Position numbers and translations under genes: made by a program. A stretch of DNA of 64,000 nucleotides from Trichoplax adhaerens. Its lineage: Eukaryota > Animalia > Placozoa. Each line of letters starts with the position of its first letter. The stretch's first letter is position 1. This document shows positions 1 through 14,810 of this stretch, piece by piece. Location of the stretch: NCBI RefSeq assembly GCF_000150275.1, contig NW_002060949.1, positions 395,861 through 459,860 of the forward strand, given 5' to 3'. The notes below the pieces were generated by a model. That model made no database searches, was not told the DNA's origin, and saw nothing but the letters and a program-made list of their open reading frames with translations.

Positions 1-3000
1 TCCTCAGTTTTAATAACTCTAATTTCGAGTTAGTGAATTGCGAACCAAAGGGATAATTTTACTCATTCAAGATAATAGTATAATTTAAAGTAATGTGTAG
101 ATTTAGCATATGGTATTAAGAATATTCTTTAGCTTATTTCAGTTGGTTTGGTCTAATATCGCGGCTCTTAACTAAAGCTATGTACACAAAAACTTTTTAT
201 ATAACATAGATCCCAAATATTCGTATGATATTAATGTATAGTTAACAGTGCAAGTACATGTAGAATGTGTACAGTGCTCAAAGTACCGTATAAAGAAAGT
301 TTGTTCTACTAAGTTCAACTAACGACATCTAATTCATACTACATCAAAGATTATAATCCAATAAATGTTTTCTAAAATCGCCCGTCTGTTATACATATCG
401 TTGCAACTTAGAACGAAAATATTCATTTAGTAAATTTATGGGCTAAGCAAGATAATTTAAAATTCGGTAATATGATAAATTGTTCATTAGCAACTATAAA
501 TCACTTTGCGTTATGCTCGCTGATATCAGAATCAATAACTACGTTAAATTAAAATAAAACTGGCCAAAATCCATAGATTAATTATAATCGCAGAATTATT
601 CTTTGCAACATAATGGTTAGGTAAATAGCCAATTTCGTAAACTTACGGTAACAGATTTGCACAATTACCCGGAATTACAATAAGGGAAAATTAACGATAT
701 GCCACTATATTACAATAATTATAAGTGTGTATGGAGTGAACTGGTGTCTGCAAATAACTAGTAGCTATTTACTATATGCCTATGTATTAGTAAGTGATAC
801 GATAATAGTATCTCGAAATGTATGAGATAAATCAGAATTATGAATTTGTCTGAGCAAGAAAATGACCATTGTCTAAAACTAGTTCTATATTAGAAACTGA
901 AGCAATACTTGCCATTCATTACATCGTGTATGTTCGTATACGCGCATATTGCGGAACTGTGACTCTTATGAAGTCATACTGTTTACTTATATGCAATCAT
1001 CGCTGGATTACGAGTGCATTTGTTCCGTAGCATATGTATAATATATACGCGTATACTATGTATACAGAGATTGAGAAGTGAAATAAGTGAGTGGCTGTAA
1101 ATTATTGTAGAATATAGTATAGCTGTTAGCAAACAAGTATGTGAAATACCAGGAGCGGAAAGGTTATAGTATTCAAATCTTGTTAATTTTACGTAAACGT
1201 ACTATTACTGTACTCATAAGTATAGCGCTTTCATGGAGCTGTCCATACAATGCCCGTAGCTTGATTAAGGTAAACTGGTTGGCTTTACTGGAGTCAGTAC
1301 CGTCAGCGAAGTGATGGGTATTTGAGCTAGTATCGTACATCTAATTGCTACAAGTCAAATGGTAGCTTAATGCCTTAATTGAAACTGATGTTGTAAGTCA
1401 AGTACTCGTACGTGTTAAATATATATTTAATTAATGCCTGTCATGAACTATAGCAGTGACCACAGTACGAGAGTTATAATTATTACTGAATCGTAAGGGC
1501 AGACGAAATAAATTAAACTCTATTTACTGATTGCATCATTATCGAAAAAGATTTGTTAATAAAGGTAATACACAAATTATGGTCTTTGATTCGTATGCCT
1601 GAATACAGAGCGAGTTCAGCTCTTCTATTAAAACTTATAATCACTTTCTATTGCAGTTCAGATATACGAATTATATTTAATAGCATTAGAATCAAATCAA
1701 AGCTATCTACTGATGTTAACTACAATCAAATCTATATTAGGAAGAGATTATATAATAATAAAATTATCGACTAGAAAGTAATGCTAATATTAATTAATTG
1801 ATATTTACAGTAGCAACTTAGTCTAGGGGTACATATAGATGATCGTGCAGTTTTCTGATGAAAAATTTACAATCACTTGATAAATTTCTTAATATCAGAT
1901 TTACTTTTGTAAATAGATGATTGCGAGTATACAATACTGTATACGTTACAGCTTCAAACAAATATAGGCCTAGATGCATAAACAATACAGCAAACTTGCT
2001 CTCTAAATACTATGTTATCATGCTAAAGGGGTTAGCAAGTAGCCATATATCACAATATTTATCTGAAGGCAAATTTATTAAGCATTAGTTGAACGTAAAG
2101 TAATTTATCGGTTATTGTCTATTTGACAGCCCTAAAATTGATGGAGTCTAAACGCCGAAAAATCAGGATAATTCGAAGATAAAATTTCGCTATTATGTAA
2201 AACGCGTTTCTTAATTGAATGAATTTCAGATGTTTTTTAATACCTGCATACAAATAGATCTCTGAAAGTTCGTTAGCTAAGACTATATTTTATTATTTGC
2301 AAAATTTTTGTTTACTCAAATTTAATAATAAATATCGAAATCATATTGCATGTATTAGTACTTTTATATATAATGTTCTATGAATAGTTTTGAAAAGAAT
2401 CGCAATAAAGTAAGCTATTGAATAGGTCGTATGTAACATTATGTTACCTTTATAATTAGATTTATTAATACCAATTTTATTTGAAAGTGTCTATTTCAAA
2501 AATTATGTTGGATTTGCTCCATATAATGTAACTTTAAAGTTCCTGAAAAGGTTATACTCTACAAAATTCTTCTGAATATAAATGGTAAATTTTTAAAATG
2601 TTATTTATGAACTACCAGATAGGTACTAATAAAATATACAAACACTACGATCAGATTAACCTTATAATCTATGTCAATTATTTATTAATAGTTCGTAACT
2701 GTTTTAGTTGATCAAGGAGCATTTTTCTCATGATACTTAAGTTATTTTATTAATAAGATGTAAAAATTATTGATAAGACCACATCAATGACTGAAATAAT
2801 TAGTTAATTTTAAGACATATCAATCAGCAACACTTTTAAATGATGCGTTATGATTTTGTGCGAACTTTTTCTAGACTTTGACATACCATGAATTAATTCC
2901 TGAAATAAGAGATTTTTGATAATTTATGGTTAAATTACCAACTCATTTCTGCTACGTTAAAGTTGTAAAGTTATCAGTGGATCTGATACGTTACATTGTA

Positions 3001-6000
3001 CACTGCTACATGTATCTAATTTTTAGGTTAACACCCAATCATATAATGTTATCGATTTTCAGTTTGGTTTGATAGTTGAAATAGGGCACCTAGTGATCGT
3101 AGCATCTCTTCTACTAAGGTTGAGCTTTATTTCAATCAGTATGAATAGTCTACTTTTCAGCATTTTTTTACTATTAATTTGTTGCGGAAGTTTTTCGACA
3201 TGTAAATTCACTTACAACCCAAAGATTCGTTATGAAACCTGATATGAAATTCTATTGCAGAAATACTGTATATTATGCATTACATCAACTGGCTTGCAGT
3301 TGGGGAAAAGAAACCAATCAAGTACTACATCATTTTGTTACTTTATGCAATCTTTAGATAATGCAGTTAGTGATTCAGACTATGGATATTAATAAAAATA
3401 TTCATTTATGGATAATTTTCTGAGATAATAGGTTGTAAAGGTTTGTAATAGGTTGCGATATTTGAAGTGTATTACAAAAATTTTATTAGACACATTGTCC
3501 GGATTTGCAAGCGTTTTAGTGGCCCAAGGCGATGAGATTACTTCGAAGATAGCGTTATAATAGTGTCTTAATTACTTTTAATATAGAAATTAAAAGTCCC
3601 CGGATTACTGTTAATTTGCACACTAATGCAATTTGTGGCAACATGCATTGTATGATAAAACACTTGAAAAGGCAATAATTATCGCAATGCAAACTGATTC
3701 TTCATTTGAATTAACAATTTTAAATACTAATTTCCATATCATTAATATTCGAGCGCACTGTTTGAAGTATTTATGTTGATATGCCTAATTTTTTTTCGCG
3801 ATCGCAGCTAGATTCTATAGATGTAAGAATATGTTAGATGACGCGATTTTGGGAACTGCTTTATAGTAATTAGCTTAAAAGAATTTTGGATTTTTTTATT
3901 CCTGTGCAGTGCAGATACTGCCAACCATACTAAAAAAGTAATGCACTACTTTAATTAAAATCATATTAAGGAATATGGCTCTCATTCTCTTACGAATCCA
4001 ACTATAAATTGCTGTTCTTATTACCTATTAAAATAAATTAAGGTTTTAATTTCTAATTTCTGATTTAGCTTTCCGAAGGTGTTTTTCAAAGTTTGCTTTT
4101 GTCGCCCGATAATTATATAATATACTTTAATCGTATTTTTAAAATAATCTATAGCACTTTGGTAAGCCAGTTCTGCAACTAGTAGAAGATTATTGCGAAT
4201 GCCTTTGAATCGGCTGACCTACTACCGAACCTAAGGGAGCGACAAATTTATAGAGTGGCTATTATCATCTGTATCTTCAAATGATTGATTGAAAAATGGG
4301 ATATGTTTTGTAAGCTATCTATACACTTTTAGATTCCTGTTATTTGGGAAGAACAAACATGCGATTTTTCGTTCTGTGAATTCTAAACTAGGATTAAGGC
4401 AATAGGAAATAGTTAATAGGGATAGATTTATTGAAGTACGGTAGTCAGTTACTGTATAGAAATAGATATATGTACGACGAGTATAGTTTCCCAGCCATGG
4501 TAAGATATATTCAGTTTATAAGCTTCAAACTTAGCAAATGAAGCTAGCGCAACGGATGATTAGTACCATAAATCGTTAATACCGGTACAATACAGATTGC
4601 GCAGACAGTTATCGTTAAATAAGGAAGAGCAAATGCTAAAGATCGATTTATGCTCTGACTTTTACTTTTCATAACTACATCTACATTGCATTTTACATAT
4701 CTTGCGAGATAAAAAGATAGAACCTTTCAATAGGTCCAGCATGGGGATCTAAGTATTGTTTTAATTGATGTATTTAGCGTTATTTGGCGCCTTTTCTAAG
4801 GAGCAATCTCGACGATTTTAACTGCATCATGGGTAGGAGTTGAAATCTTGTATTTATTACGTCAGCTTCTTTATAATACAAAGGTAAGTTTGCACTACAA
4901 TTAATACAGGGTTTTCTCTACAAGTGCTGCTTATACATCACATATTACTGTACATTAACACGGAAGTTGTAGCATACACGTAAAGCTGTATTCTAAGTAA
5001 GATACAACGTTTCGCTAGTTTACAGTTTCGTAGGACCATTTTTTATTCTGGTATTAATAAATGTCGTAATGAAAGTATAGGTAAGAATCAAACGCCATAA
5101 ATATAAGCACTTAAGCGATAATGTACAAGCGTCAGCTCTTCCTAGTGCAGGGTTAGTTGCCATAGAAATTAATACTGTCATTCTTAATTAATTGTCCGCT
5201 CTTATTCTGTGCGCGCAGATTACCCAAATAGTTGTTAAGGTACCTATTGTAATTAATTTTTTTCCCGTAAGATCGTTCTGGCACATTTTAATTGCTGATT
5301 GACAATTGAAAATGATTTTGTTCCGATTACTATATTGTTGCATGATACTAAAGTAATGACACATCCATTCATTGTAGTTCATTCACAGCAAAAGTAAAAA
5401 AATTTCATTGTTTGGAATGATGCCTTTGTTTATTATGGTTTAATGCATTCTTGAAATTATCCGGTAGCATTTGTAAATGAATAGTTCTTCTTTTATGATG
5501 TTACGCTTTTGTATCGGGTTGAATATTAGACACGCTAATTTTCGACATCAACTCGCTTCATAACTCGTAAGTTAATTAGTGTGTGTAGTAATGTTCATCT
5601 ATCGTCTTAAGCACGATGCTCTGTAGCTTATTTTTTTAAATTAAAACCGATATTTACGTATTTTAAACTTATTACTTTTTTGAATATACAGTACTTATTT
5701 TAAACCGTGATATATCGGTATTATTAACATTAAGAAAAGTAATCTTAAATATCAAATGCAGCTATTATATTATTTTAGTGATAGATTCGTGGATGTCAAA
5801 TTAAGTTAAGGGACCAAAATCGTATAGTTCTTGTACAAAATATTCTCAATCAGAGAATTAGTGAATCTTATCAGGCTTGATTCTTCCTCAGACAGGAGTA
5901 GGTTCTACGACGATATAAGAACATTTTGTAAGCGTAAGAATTCAAAATTTAGTAAGCCACAAAGTATACGATGAATCTTTGTGTATGAAAAATTAATTGG

Positions 6001-6321
6001 GTATCATACCAAAAGAATGAGCATTGTAATCTGGTTATTGTAGTACTTATTAATTTTTTATACATCTATATTATTTCATGAATTGATCGATCATCACATT
6101 AAACTCGACTAATTTTAAATGTTTGACAAGATTAATTATAGCATAATTGATAATTAATGATAATAAATAGATAAATATAGATTTTCCGATCGTCTTTATC
6201 GATTTTGAATTCATAACCACGTAGTGGTTGCTACATAATAAGTGACTAATTAATCAATTGTTGTGGATATTTATTTGAATTCAGACTGGATCTGAACTTC
6301 CATAACACTACAAATATGGAC

Positions 6322-8959
6322 TCATGTACCCTTGTAGGAACGATTAATGAAATTGTCTATCGTTAGTTTTGTGAATAAAAATCGAAAATGAATATCAACT
6401 ATAGCTGGATTACTGGAAATGTGAAAGTAGAATAATTCAACTAAAATAAGAAGACGCGATACAATAAAATGAACGACAGAAGTTTCAATCGAAAACATTG
6501 CTTTCATTCGAAAATACATTCTTACCTTCCTCCCTTTTTTTATGGTTGGATTTTCTCTTCATTACAAAAATAATGCCTGAAATTACGAGCATAACTAGCA
6601 CGCAACTTAATCCAACGCTTATTCCAATGATAGATCCACCATCGATATTTGGCAGAGCATTTGCAGTCGTTGATTTAGAGAAATCTGAAATTTTTAATGA
6701 TATACGAGTATGAAGGCTTAAAAATTATATTTATAAAAATATTATTTAAGATCGAAGTAATAACTCAATGCATTGAAGCGTACCGGTTGTAACCGCTACT
6801 GGATTAGTCATAGTAGGGATTGATGTTGTGGTTGAGATTCCATCGGTAAAAGGATGACTGACCACAGTCTCAGCACTAGAAGTGCTCTTTAAGGTTGTAG
6901 TCGATTCCGTTTTTGGTTCTAGCGTTGTTAGATTATTATGAATGCTTGTAGAGTTATTACCTTATTAAAATGTTTTAAAAATAAGTCATAGTTTCAGAGG
7001 CGATATTTTATCGATAAAAATAGCTTTAAAACATACTATTTTCAAATCTTATCGCTAAATTGCTATAGAAATAGTTGCTAGTTTGGAGATATCTCCTAGC
7101 ATTACTTGGTGTCTTATTTTCAATAGTTACGATTTCGTCTGTTCCGGGTGTTTGCGTAGTTTGCACGTAACTATCACTGGGTGTACTATCATCGCTAGAG
7201 TTGGATATAACATTATCGGTACTATCGCCAATTAAAGTCGATGAAGGTGTCGACGGCTCAGTTTTAACTGAATTTTCACTTTGTCCAATAGAGACTGTAG
7301 CAGTTTCTTCTTCAATATCCGAAGTTGTAAAGCTATCAGTGTATAGCCACGTTGGAGAACTAGTAGGTACTGATGATTCTACAGTATGAGTTTTCGTCGT
7401 TGAGGCAACTGTAGTAGGTATATGATTAGTTGTTGTAGTTTTGATAGGAGTTGTGATAGTTTTGATGGGAGTTGTGGTAGTTTGGATAGGAGATGTCGAG
7501 AATGTTGTTGTACTTTTGGTGACAGTTAGCGCAATAACAGTGTCTGTTGGATTAGGACCGTAGTTTCCTATCATAAAAATGTGCAGTGATACGAAATATC
7601 AGAATTAATGTATACCCAAATATATTCCATCTTTCAACTCAAATATTAAGGCAATATTAACTAAAATGATATTTACAATTCCGTATATGATCAGCAAGTT
7701 GTTATACCATGTACAACAACTGTAATTTTGCAGATACTTGAAATCAATAATTTTAATTATGTACGTAATTTACAAAGGATGATGAGGACGTCAAACTAGG
7801 AAGCGTGAGATTTCATTTCATTACCGAACTCTTACCAGTTATAAACATAGTTCCTAAAGTCCCGCTATCACCAATTCGATTTCTTGCAGACAGAGAGCAG
7901 ATGTATAGCGTGTTCTTTCTAAGACCTTTCATCGTCAGTGATGTTTGATTTGTTTCTGTGTTAACAAGATGTTGCGAAAGACCTTGTGCCTTACATCTGA
8001 TTATAAAATGTTGCCTGAAGCCGTTATCGTATCCCGGCTTCCAGGAAAAATAGACTGAGGAATTCGTAAGGTTCTCAGGCTTAAAAGAAGCAGGAGGCTC
8101 CGGTGGGCCTGAAAAAATTACATTACATTGAAGACTATCTATCGCATTGGTAAATCTACAAAGAATTTATCATAATCTAATAGAGGTTATTGTTCTTGAA
8201 ATGTAAAATTGATATCACACAGTAATTAGTTATATCACGACTGTGTTGCTACTAGTTCATAGGTGCTACTTCGCTATTCTGATTGAATTACACAAGTTAA
8301 TTGTAATTGAGGGTTTAAATAGTGTGAATTTAGTACAGTAAAACCAAATACAATAATCAATCTGCTTCGATATAGTTAATAGATGATAAGTTTTATAGGG
8401 AAAGTCGTAATTTAAAAGATTTTACATGCTGCTGTAGGAAAAATTATATTTTGTAACGACTATCAATAATTACTAGAACTTTACTTTCTTTTTTGCATAA
8501 GCTCTATCTAAATTTGCTGTACTTACTCATAACAACGACTGTTGTAGTTATGACTTTTTCATGGTTTGGTTGATATGAGGCTGTCCATATATAGTTTCCG
8601 CCATCGCTGGTGACCAAATTCTTAATGGTTAATCCCAATGTTACTTCTGTTGAAGTCTTGTTGTAGAAACTTTTCATACGATTTGATGGCTTAATTTCGC
8701 CAGTCATATATTCGTTAAAAGGACCAATAATTAACATTAACCGTGGGAATGGGGACTTCTGAAGTGTCAGTGTCAGTAATTCTAAGTTTCTTCCTGAGTT
8801 ATCGGTCTTTTTGGCTGTACATAATAAAATTATATCCTCATTTATTCTTGCGTAAGTCTTGCCAGATGGCGTCGCTAAAATGGCTTCGGTTACTGGTAAG
8901 TTTAAAGCGGCGACATTAAAGAGTAGCAGCATATAGCAAAGCTTTAGCCACTTAGCCAT
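6322..8959 (-). CDS. Type I membrane protein: signal peptide, Ig-like domain, FN3, Ser/Thr-rich mucin stalk, TM helix, short tail (6 exons)
   Basis: Exon 8959-8527: MAKWLKLCYMLLLFNVAA signal, then Ig (LLCTA...LTIKNLVTSDGGNYIWTA). Exon 8108-7836: FN3 (SPPEPPASFKPENLTNSSVYFSWKPGYDNGFRQHF...LRKNTLYICSLSARNRIG). Exons 7567-~7107 and ~6960-6784: S/T-rich. Exon ~6685-6526: TM IIGISVGLSCVLVMLVISGIIFVM followed by RKSNHKKREE. Exon 6356-6322: DNFINRSYKGT*. All junctions are phase-1 GT-AG. Confidence 0.85.
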
Positions 8960-11900
8960 AGGAATAAAGAGCGGCAATTGATTGCGGAGGCTAACATTGA
9001 AAAATGAAAGTTTTAATTTAAATTAATTTAATGACTGCCCTCGTGCGTTCAATATGGTTGGAAAAAGAATTAAAAGTCCTTTATTCCAAATGTCGTGAGG
9101 TACATATCAGTCAATCTGAATAAAGTATTATAACTTAAAATGATTTGAAATAAAACGAAATTTTAGTAGGTTTTTAGTAGCTAAGTGACAAGTTGGTATA
9201 CAAGGACTGTAAAATCGGTATGAAATAAATTATGTTAAGCTAAAATGGCGTCTGAAACTTCTTTTAACCATCAGCATAAAGTATCGACTTCGTACGCTTA
9301 AAGGATTATTTTGCGGGGATGCAGCACAGTAACAGCTTGGTATAATTGATACACTCGTATTATTTTTATCTTATTTACATTAGCTTCTTGATAACCAATA
9401 GAACGGATGACAGGTATTGTTTGCATAATGTATTCTTATCTGATGACAACAATATTTGCAAAATAATTGCAACCATGACAATTGAAGTTATTTCATTTGT
9501 CATACTGAGTCCCGCTATCGCTTACAGTTTATTGGAAGCTCTTTATATGTAGATTTATAATTTCATTGTGAAATGTTTTGCGGAATAAAATTTGGCTAAG
9601 TTATCAATTAACGGGTGCAATGATTTCTTAAAAATTAATGCCTAAAATGTAATTTAAATGGGTTAAAGATGATTTTAAATAATTATCTTTGCAAAATTCT
9701 GTTTCTTCTTTCGGTTGATTAGCTTTATATAACAAGTACTGTAAATTTAATTTTTAGGCATAAGTAGTAGTGCTTAATAATAATTATTCATGTGCAAATA
9801 AGCAATTTAATAATGTGCTTAGAGCATCGACAAAGCAACTTTTATTTTGGTATATAACAAATAGATTCACTGCTTTAATATTTTGGTGTTTAAATGTACC
9901 CGGCTTTAAAGATTTATTTTTTAAAGAGTACCGAGATAAGTCTATTAAAATCTTCTTGGATTTCATTCGAAAATTCTATCATGTCATTAAATTGCATATG
10001 TATACCTGTCTATTTTCTTCTTTCCGTTTCATTTCATAATCACAGATAGATGCACTTGGCTAATATTATAAAATGCTTAGCTTGTATGCTAATTTACAGA
10101 ATAACGTGATTATTTTTAATAATTTACTAGGCGAATAATAACTTAAATTTACTCCGATTTGCTTCCAGAATGTTCTCATGGCTCCTTTTTTTAATTAACT
10201 TTACATCCTTACACCGCAGAAAAGCTACGGTAGTGATATCATACTGAAATTTTACCAAATCAGAAATTGTGATACTTTTGCTAAAATCGCTTAACAAAAT
10301 AAATATTTCATAGCAAGTAATTGTCATTCTTATGATCGGAACTATCATACTTTTAATTAATCGTTACGTATGTCTAACTGTACACGCCCAATTTTGGTTG
10401 TGCGTAAAAAGACGATTGACGGACATTTCACCATGACAAATAGTGATCTTTAATAGTACATAGCGATTATTATTCATTGTCATCTTGTCTAAAGCGATGG
10501 ATGAAACATGTAGCAAGGGAGCAGCCCTATACTACAATGAATCATTATTATCGTGATTTATCTCATGGATAACATTTCGAAATCTAGGTCTCTAAATTAC
10601 TCAATTAATTCAAGTAAGTTTTAATATATTTCGATCTAAGTCTACGATACTTACAATTGCGAAATGCTATTTGTTAGCGTACATGGAGTTCGATTCTAAT
10701 TATATTTTATCGATTCTTACTACATAATTTCATATACATAGTATTAAGATATTTCACAGTAAAAATATTTGGATCTCATATAGATAGTTCAAGCTTTATT
10801 AATAACAAGTTGTCATGCAGTGAACAGGTAAATTACGGTATGTTCTGATTATTATGGTCACCGGAATTTTATAGAAGAAAAATAGAGGTATAAAAATTGG
10901 TTGATTTTAATTGGCAATTGATAATAATACTGTAGTGAAGCTGTTAGATAAGCTCTTGTTATCAACTTGTTATGTAGAAGTGAATTAGACATAAGTTAAA
11001 AATGATACCAAAATCTAGGGTTGTTAACAATAATAATAGGTATATATAAGTGATATTCGTGATAATTCAAGTATGTTGATTTCAGCTTCGTAGAATATTA
11101 TACTAATCATATAATTTTATTCTGATGCTAAGTTCTGTACTGCGAGTGTTGAATTATGTTTTTCGCAACTATCATGTCATAAACAAGTTAGATAACATAT
11201 TTAAGCAGCTGCACTTTTCTGTCATCATTGTTGTTAGTCCTTCTTTTCTAAGATCTGCTGTTGTAGGAAATTTTCCTTGTTTGTCAGAGCTTGTTGTGCT
11301 GTTATGTACGTAGTGTCTCAATCGATAGAGAACAAGTAGTAAAATCTGCTATTCTAAAATTTCTTGTGTGAACTACACTTTCATTACAGTTAATAGACCA
11401 GGTTTTGTTACAAATACATAAGTATATATAAGTAGATAAAAATATACTGTATGTAATTGTAATTATGTAACAGCTTCACGTAGATGTACGTCTATAGTAT
11501 ACCAATTATAGAATGTTTTAAATCTTCTGAACGTAGAAAAGAGCTTGTTCTGAATTTCTTAATCATGGCAGGAGTAAGCAGGCTAACTTAGCGTTTGGCA
11601 GTCACCTCATTTTTTTATTTAACATTTTCTTACGCCCTGTGTTAAGTTTTCTTGTTAGTGCACCGGAAATTATCAAGTTGCAGAGGCTATAAATGAATGT
11701 CGAGCAATATGAAAAAGAAATTTTTCAAAAGTTACTATACTGTTGTATTGTACGTATAAGAGGATGTTCTATGAACCACCAGTGAAACGAGCTAAGCAGC
11801 TTGTAGTTTTTTGGCAAATCTTTCGAAACTGAGTGGTAAATTTGATCTAGCAGGATTGAACTCTGAATTAAACTTGTGAATAAAAAAAAATCATAAATGG

Positions 11901-12630
11901 ATTTACAAAGGTTAAATCCGTATTTTTGCTTAAGAGACAGCAATATAATAAAATATTCAGTTAAATCGAGCTCATATCTAATTGAGATACAATGATTCGC
12001 ATTACGGTAGCTTATTACGTCTGCTCTCACTGGCACTGTCACAAAAGCTCAAGTTACTAGAGCATAAGCAGGGACTACTAAAGAGAAATTAGTAGTTCCT
12101 GGTCTAACTTTCGTTGCTCTCGGTTAAAAAATTTAATTTATAATAATTATTATTGGGATGCAAAATGCTGTGCCAATAGCAAATCAAAAAATTTGAACTC
12201 TCTACCCTTATGTTTGCATAATCGCATCAATAGTACATATGTAGTGTCTGGTCCTTCTAAAAATAATATAATGAAATAAATTAGATTTTTCTGCTACGAG
12301 AGCCAGCTTAATCAAAAGGGAACGGGTAATAAGAATTGAGTCTAAGATAGCACATCGTAACCTTAGCCCGTAGGTAGAGCTGCAGGCTACGCTCTACGTG
12401 TTTTAGTGATGATACAGTAGCAATATCAAGTTCAGCTCAATACAGCAAAATGAAAAAAAAAGTGTTACGGTTAATAATAAAGTCTCCATGGCCTAACCAT
12501 TATAATTTATATATATATTATAATTTATACTATGTTTTACTGCAATCAAGAAATTTAAATTTCAGAACATCATCATGGTGCTGAGCTGAGCGTAATTTTG
12601 TACGGTAAAATACAGTAGAGACCCCTAGAA

Positions 12631-12938
12631 TGTACTGTACTGTACAGTACTGTACACTGTATGGTACAGCATGCATACCGAAAACATACTGTACAGCACA
12701 GTAATCACACTTGGTCCGTTGTAGAATGTGGAGTACAGTACCGTAATTATGGACATACTGTACTGTACAGTGTACAGTACAGTATGTATCGTTTATGGTG
12801 AACTGTACAGTACTGTACTGTACAGTAAAGTTACTGAATTGCTTTACTCTTTTTTTACTACAGTACAGTATGTTTTGTTACGGTACTAAAATTTCAGAAG
12901 GTTTGTACTGTACCGTAGTGTACAGTACTGTACAGTAC
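12631..12938. repeat. TACTG/CAGTA palindromic pentamer array upstream of SMIM7
   Basis: Repeated tactgtactgtacagtac blocks ending ~108 bp before the SMIM7 ATG at 13046. Confidence 0.85.
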
Positions 12939-13045
12939 GAGCACTGAGTATTTACTGTTCAGCATTAACTTTTAAATTTTAGTTTAATTTCACTGATGCT
13001 TGCTTGAGAAAATTCTTGTTCTAATACAGTAGTAAATATTTCTTT

Positions 13046-13981
13046 ATGGCGTTGGTGTCAGATATCATAATTATAGGGTAATGCTTGTAAATTATTACTT
13101 ACAATTAAATCTGTTAATACTCTGTAATTTCAAGTTTCAAACGTTTCGTACAGTATTTAATGTAGTCAACTTAGTATCGTTTAATGTGTTTTACTATCTG
13201 ACAATATCGTGCTTGTTGATATTTTAAATACAGTGTACAGCATATATATTTATTAATTATGCTGCAGATGTTTGATTTTTGGTATTTAATATACTGTAGT
13301 AATTAGCTGCTCTATTACTTAAGATTATTATTCTTTCTTTTAATTTTCCGAATGATAGGACGCTATTGATAAACGCAGGGGCTGTCCTGAACTATAGACT
13401 GTAAGACTTCTTTAATATTCATAGTTTTTTACTGAAAAAATGATAGACACGACACGTCCTATAAATAATTATTATCCATGTACCGTTATTTATAAAAGAT
13501 TTAATATTGTAATCTCTACACTACTACCACTGTATAGGTCACTTGTTGACATAGTAAGACACATAAAATCTTTACGGCGATGATACTTACGGTATCCATC
13601 AAGTCTGCTTAAACCCCTTTTATCTTAACTATCATTTGCGTATAGAGATGGTGTAGCGGGTGCACATTACGAAAGTCAAGGAACTGTAGGTTTGTGGTAA
13701 AGTTTAGGAAGTGTTGCAACCAAATATCCTTTCACAGTTGTAAGGTTTGATGTTCGGTATCTGTGTATTACATTAATTAATTTTCCGTCTTTGTGCTGTT
13801 TTAAGGCGAAAAGATTAGAGAATTTCTACAGAGTTTGTGTTATTTTCGAATTTTCATCGGAATGTGGAATATTCTTGTAATACTTGGAATGATCATGTAG
13901 GTAGCTTTTCTCTGAGATAATTAATATTCGTGCTAATGTTTAATCATGCAGTATTACATTATTAGATTTTTCAGTGCTTGA
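13046..13981 (+). CDS. SMIM7: Small integral membrane protein 7 (5 exons)
   Basis: Exons 13046-13077, 13359-13400, 13646-13689, 13806-13897 and 13966-13981 give [74 protein letters not shown]. This matches the SMIM7 motifs GTLLMNAGAVLNFKL and IREFLLSLRYFRIFIALWN. Confidence 0.93.
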
Positions 13982-14810
13982 AGATCTTTGCAACAGGGTA
14001 CGAGTATCATTGGTTATCTAATTCTGCGATTGAATTATCGGATGAAAATGTTTAGCTTTGGTTAGCATGGTAAAATAGAATCGAACCCTACCAGTGGACT
14101 GGGCATGGATTATATGGCTGAATGCTTACAACATATTAGCCTGTAGTCAAGTAAATTAATGAATAAGCAGTTTAACATGTGTACGATATATACGAAAAAC
14201 TTTATAGACGTTTCTTTAATGCGTAGTAGTATAGTTCAACGCAAATAATGATCATTTGTATAGTTGATAATTGTTTATGTACAGAGCCATAATGTTAGGG
14301 TAAATCGTAATTATTTATTTTTATTATTTCTATCGCTTGGCAGTCTTATAATTGTATATCTGTTAAAATGGGCAAGATATGATCATACTTGTGCAAATTA
14401 CTATCAGAATAATTAATTATAATAGAGATTTGGAAATTAGTTTATGAGACTGTTTGAATATGTATGCATCAATAATAAACTAACTGATTTCTTGCTGAGT
14501 ATGAGGATGTGATATCAGTATTTTATTCTTTAGCTTGTATACAGTTTATGTGATGACCATATAAATGCATGCAGGAGTATTAGACTTCGATTTTTTAACA
14601 AGTCATTTCAAATACTAATGAGTACCATAAGCGAATTTACCCTCCTCGACCACTTATGTCTAAAATTTCTTTAAAATTCATTTAACTATTGTTTTGCCAC
14701 TCTGAATTGTAGTAAGTAACAATGTTACAATCGGAAAGCTGAGTAATCCTTTCAAATTATATTTATTCACTATTTACAATATCCTATTAAAGAATCGTAG
14801 ACATCATTCG

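Noticed and set aside
1-6300. Short ORFs (1553-1774, 5188-5382) and GC-richer patches near 1260-1345 and 4170-4290
   Set aside because: No recognisable motifs or consistent splice chain; treated as intergenic or UTR.
6498-7389. Plus-strand ORFs 6498-6713 and 7201-7389
   Set aside because: Antisense shadows of the Ig-FN3-mucin exons.
9346-11313. Several 60-90 aa ORFs upstream of the Ig-FN3 gene
   Set aside because: AT-rich random-like composition with no motifs or splice support.
12631-12938. Palindromic repeats as a CRISPR array
   Set aside because: No constant repeat with unique spacers, no cas genes, and an intron-rich eukaryotic context.
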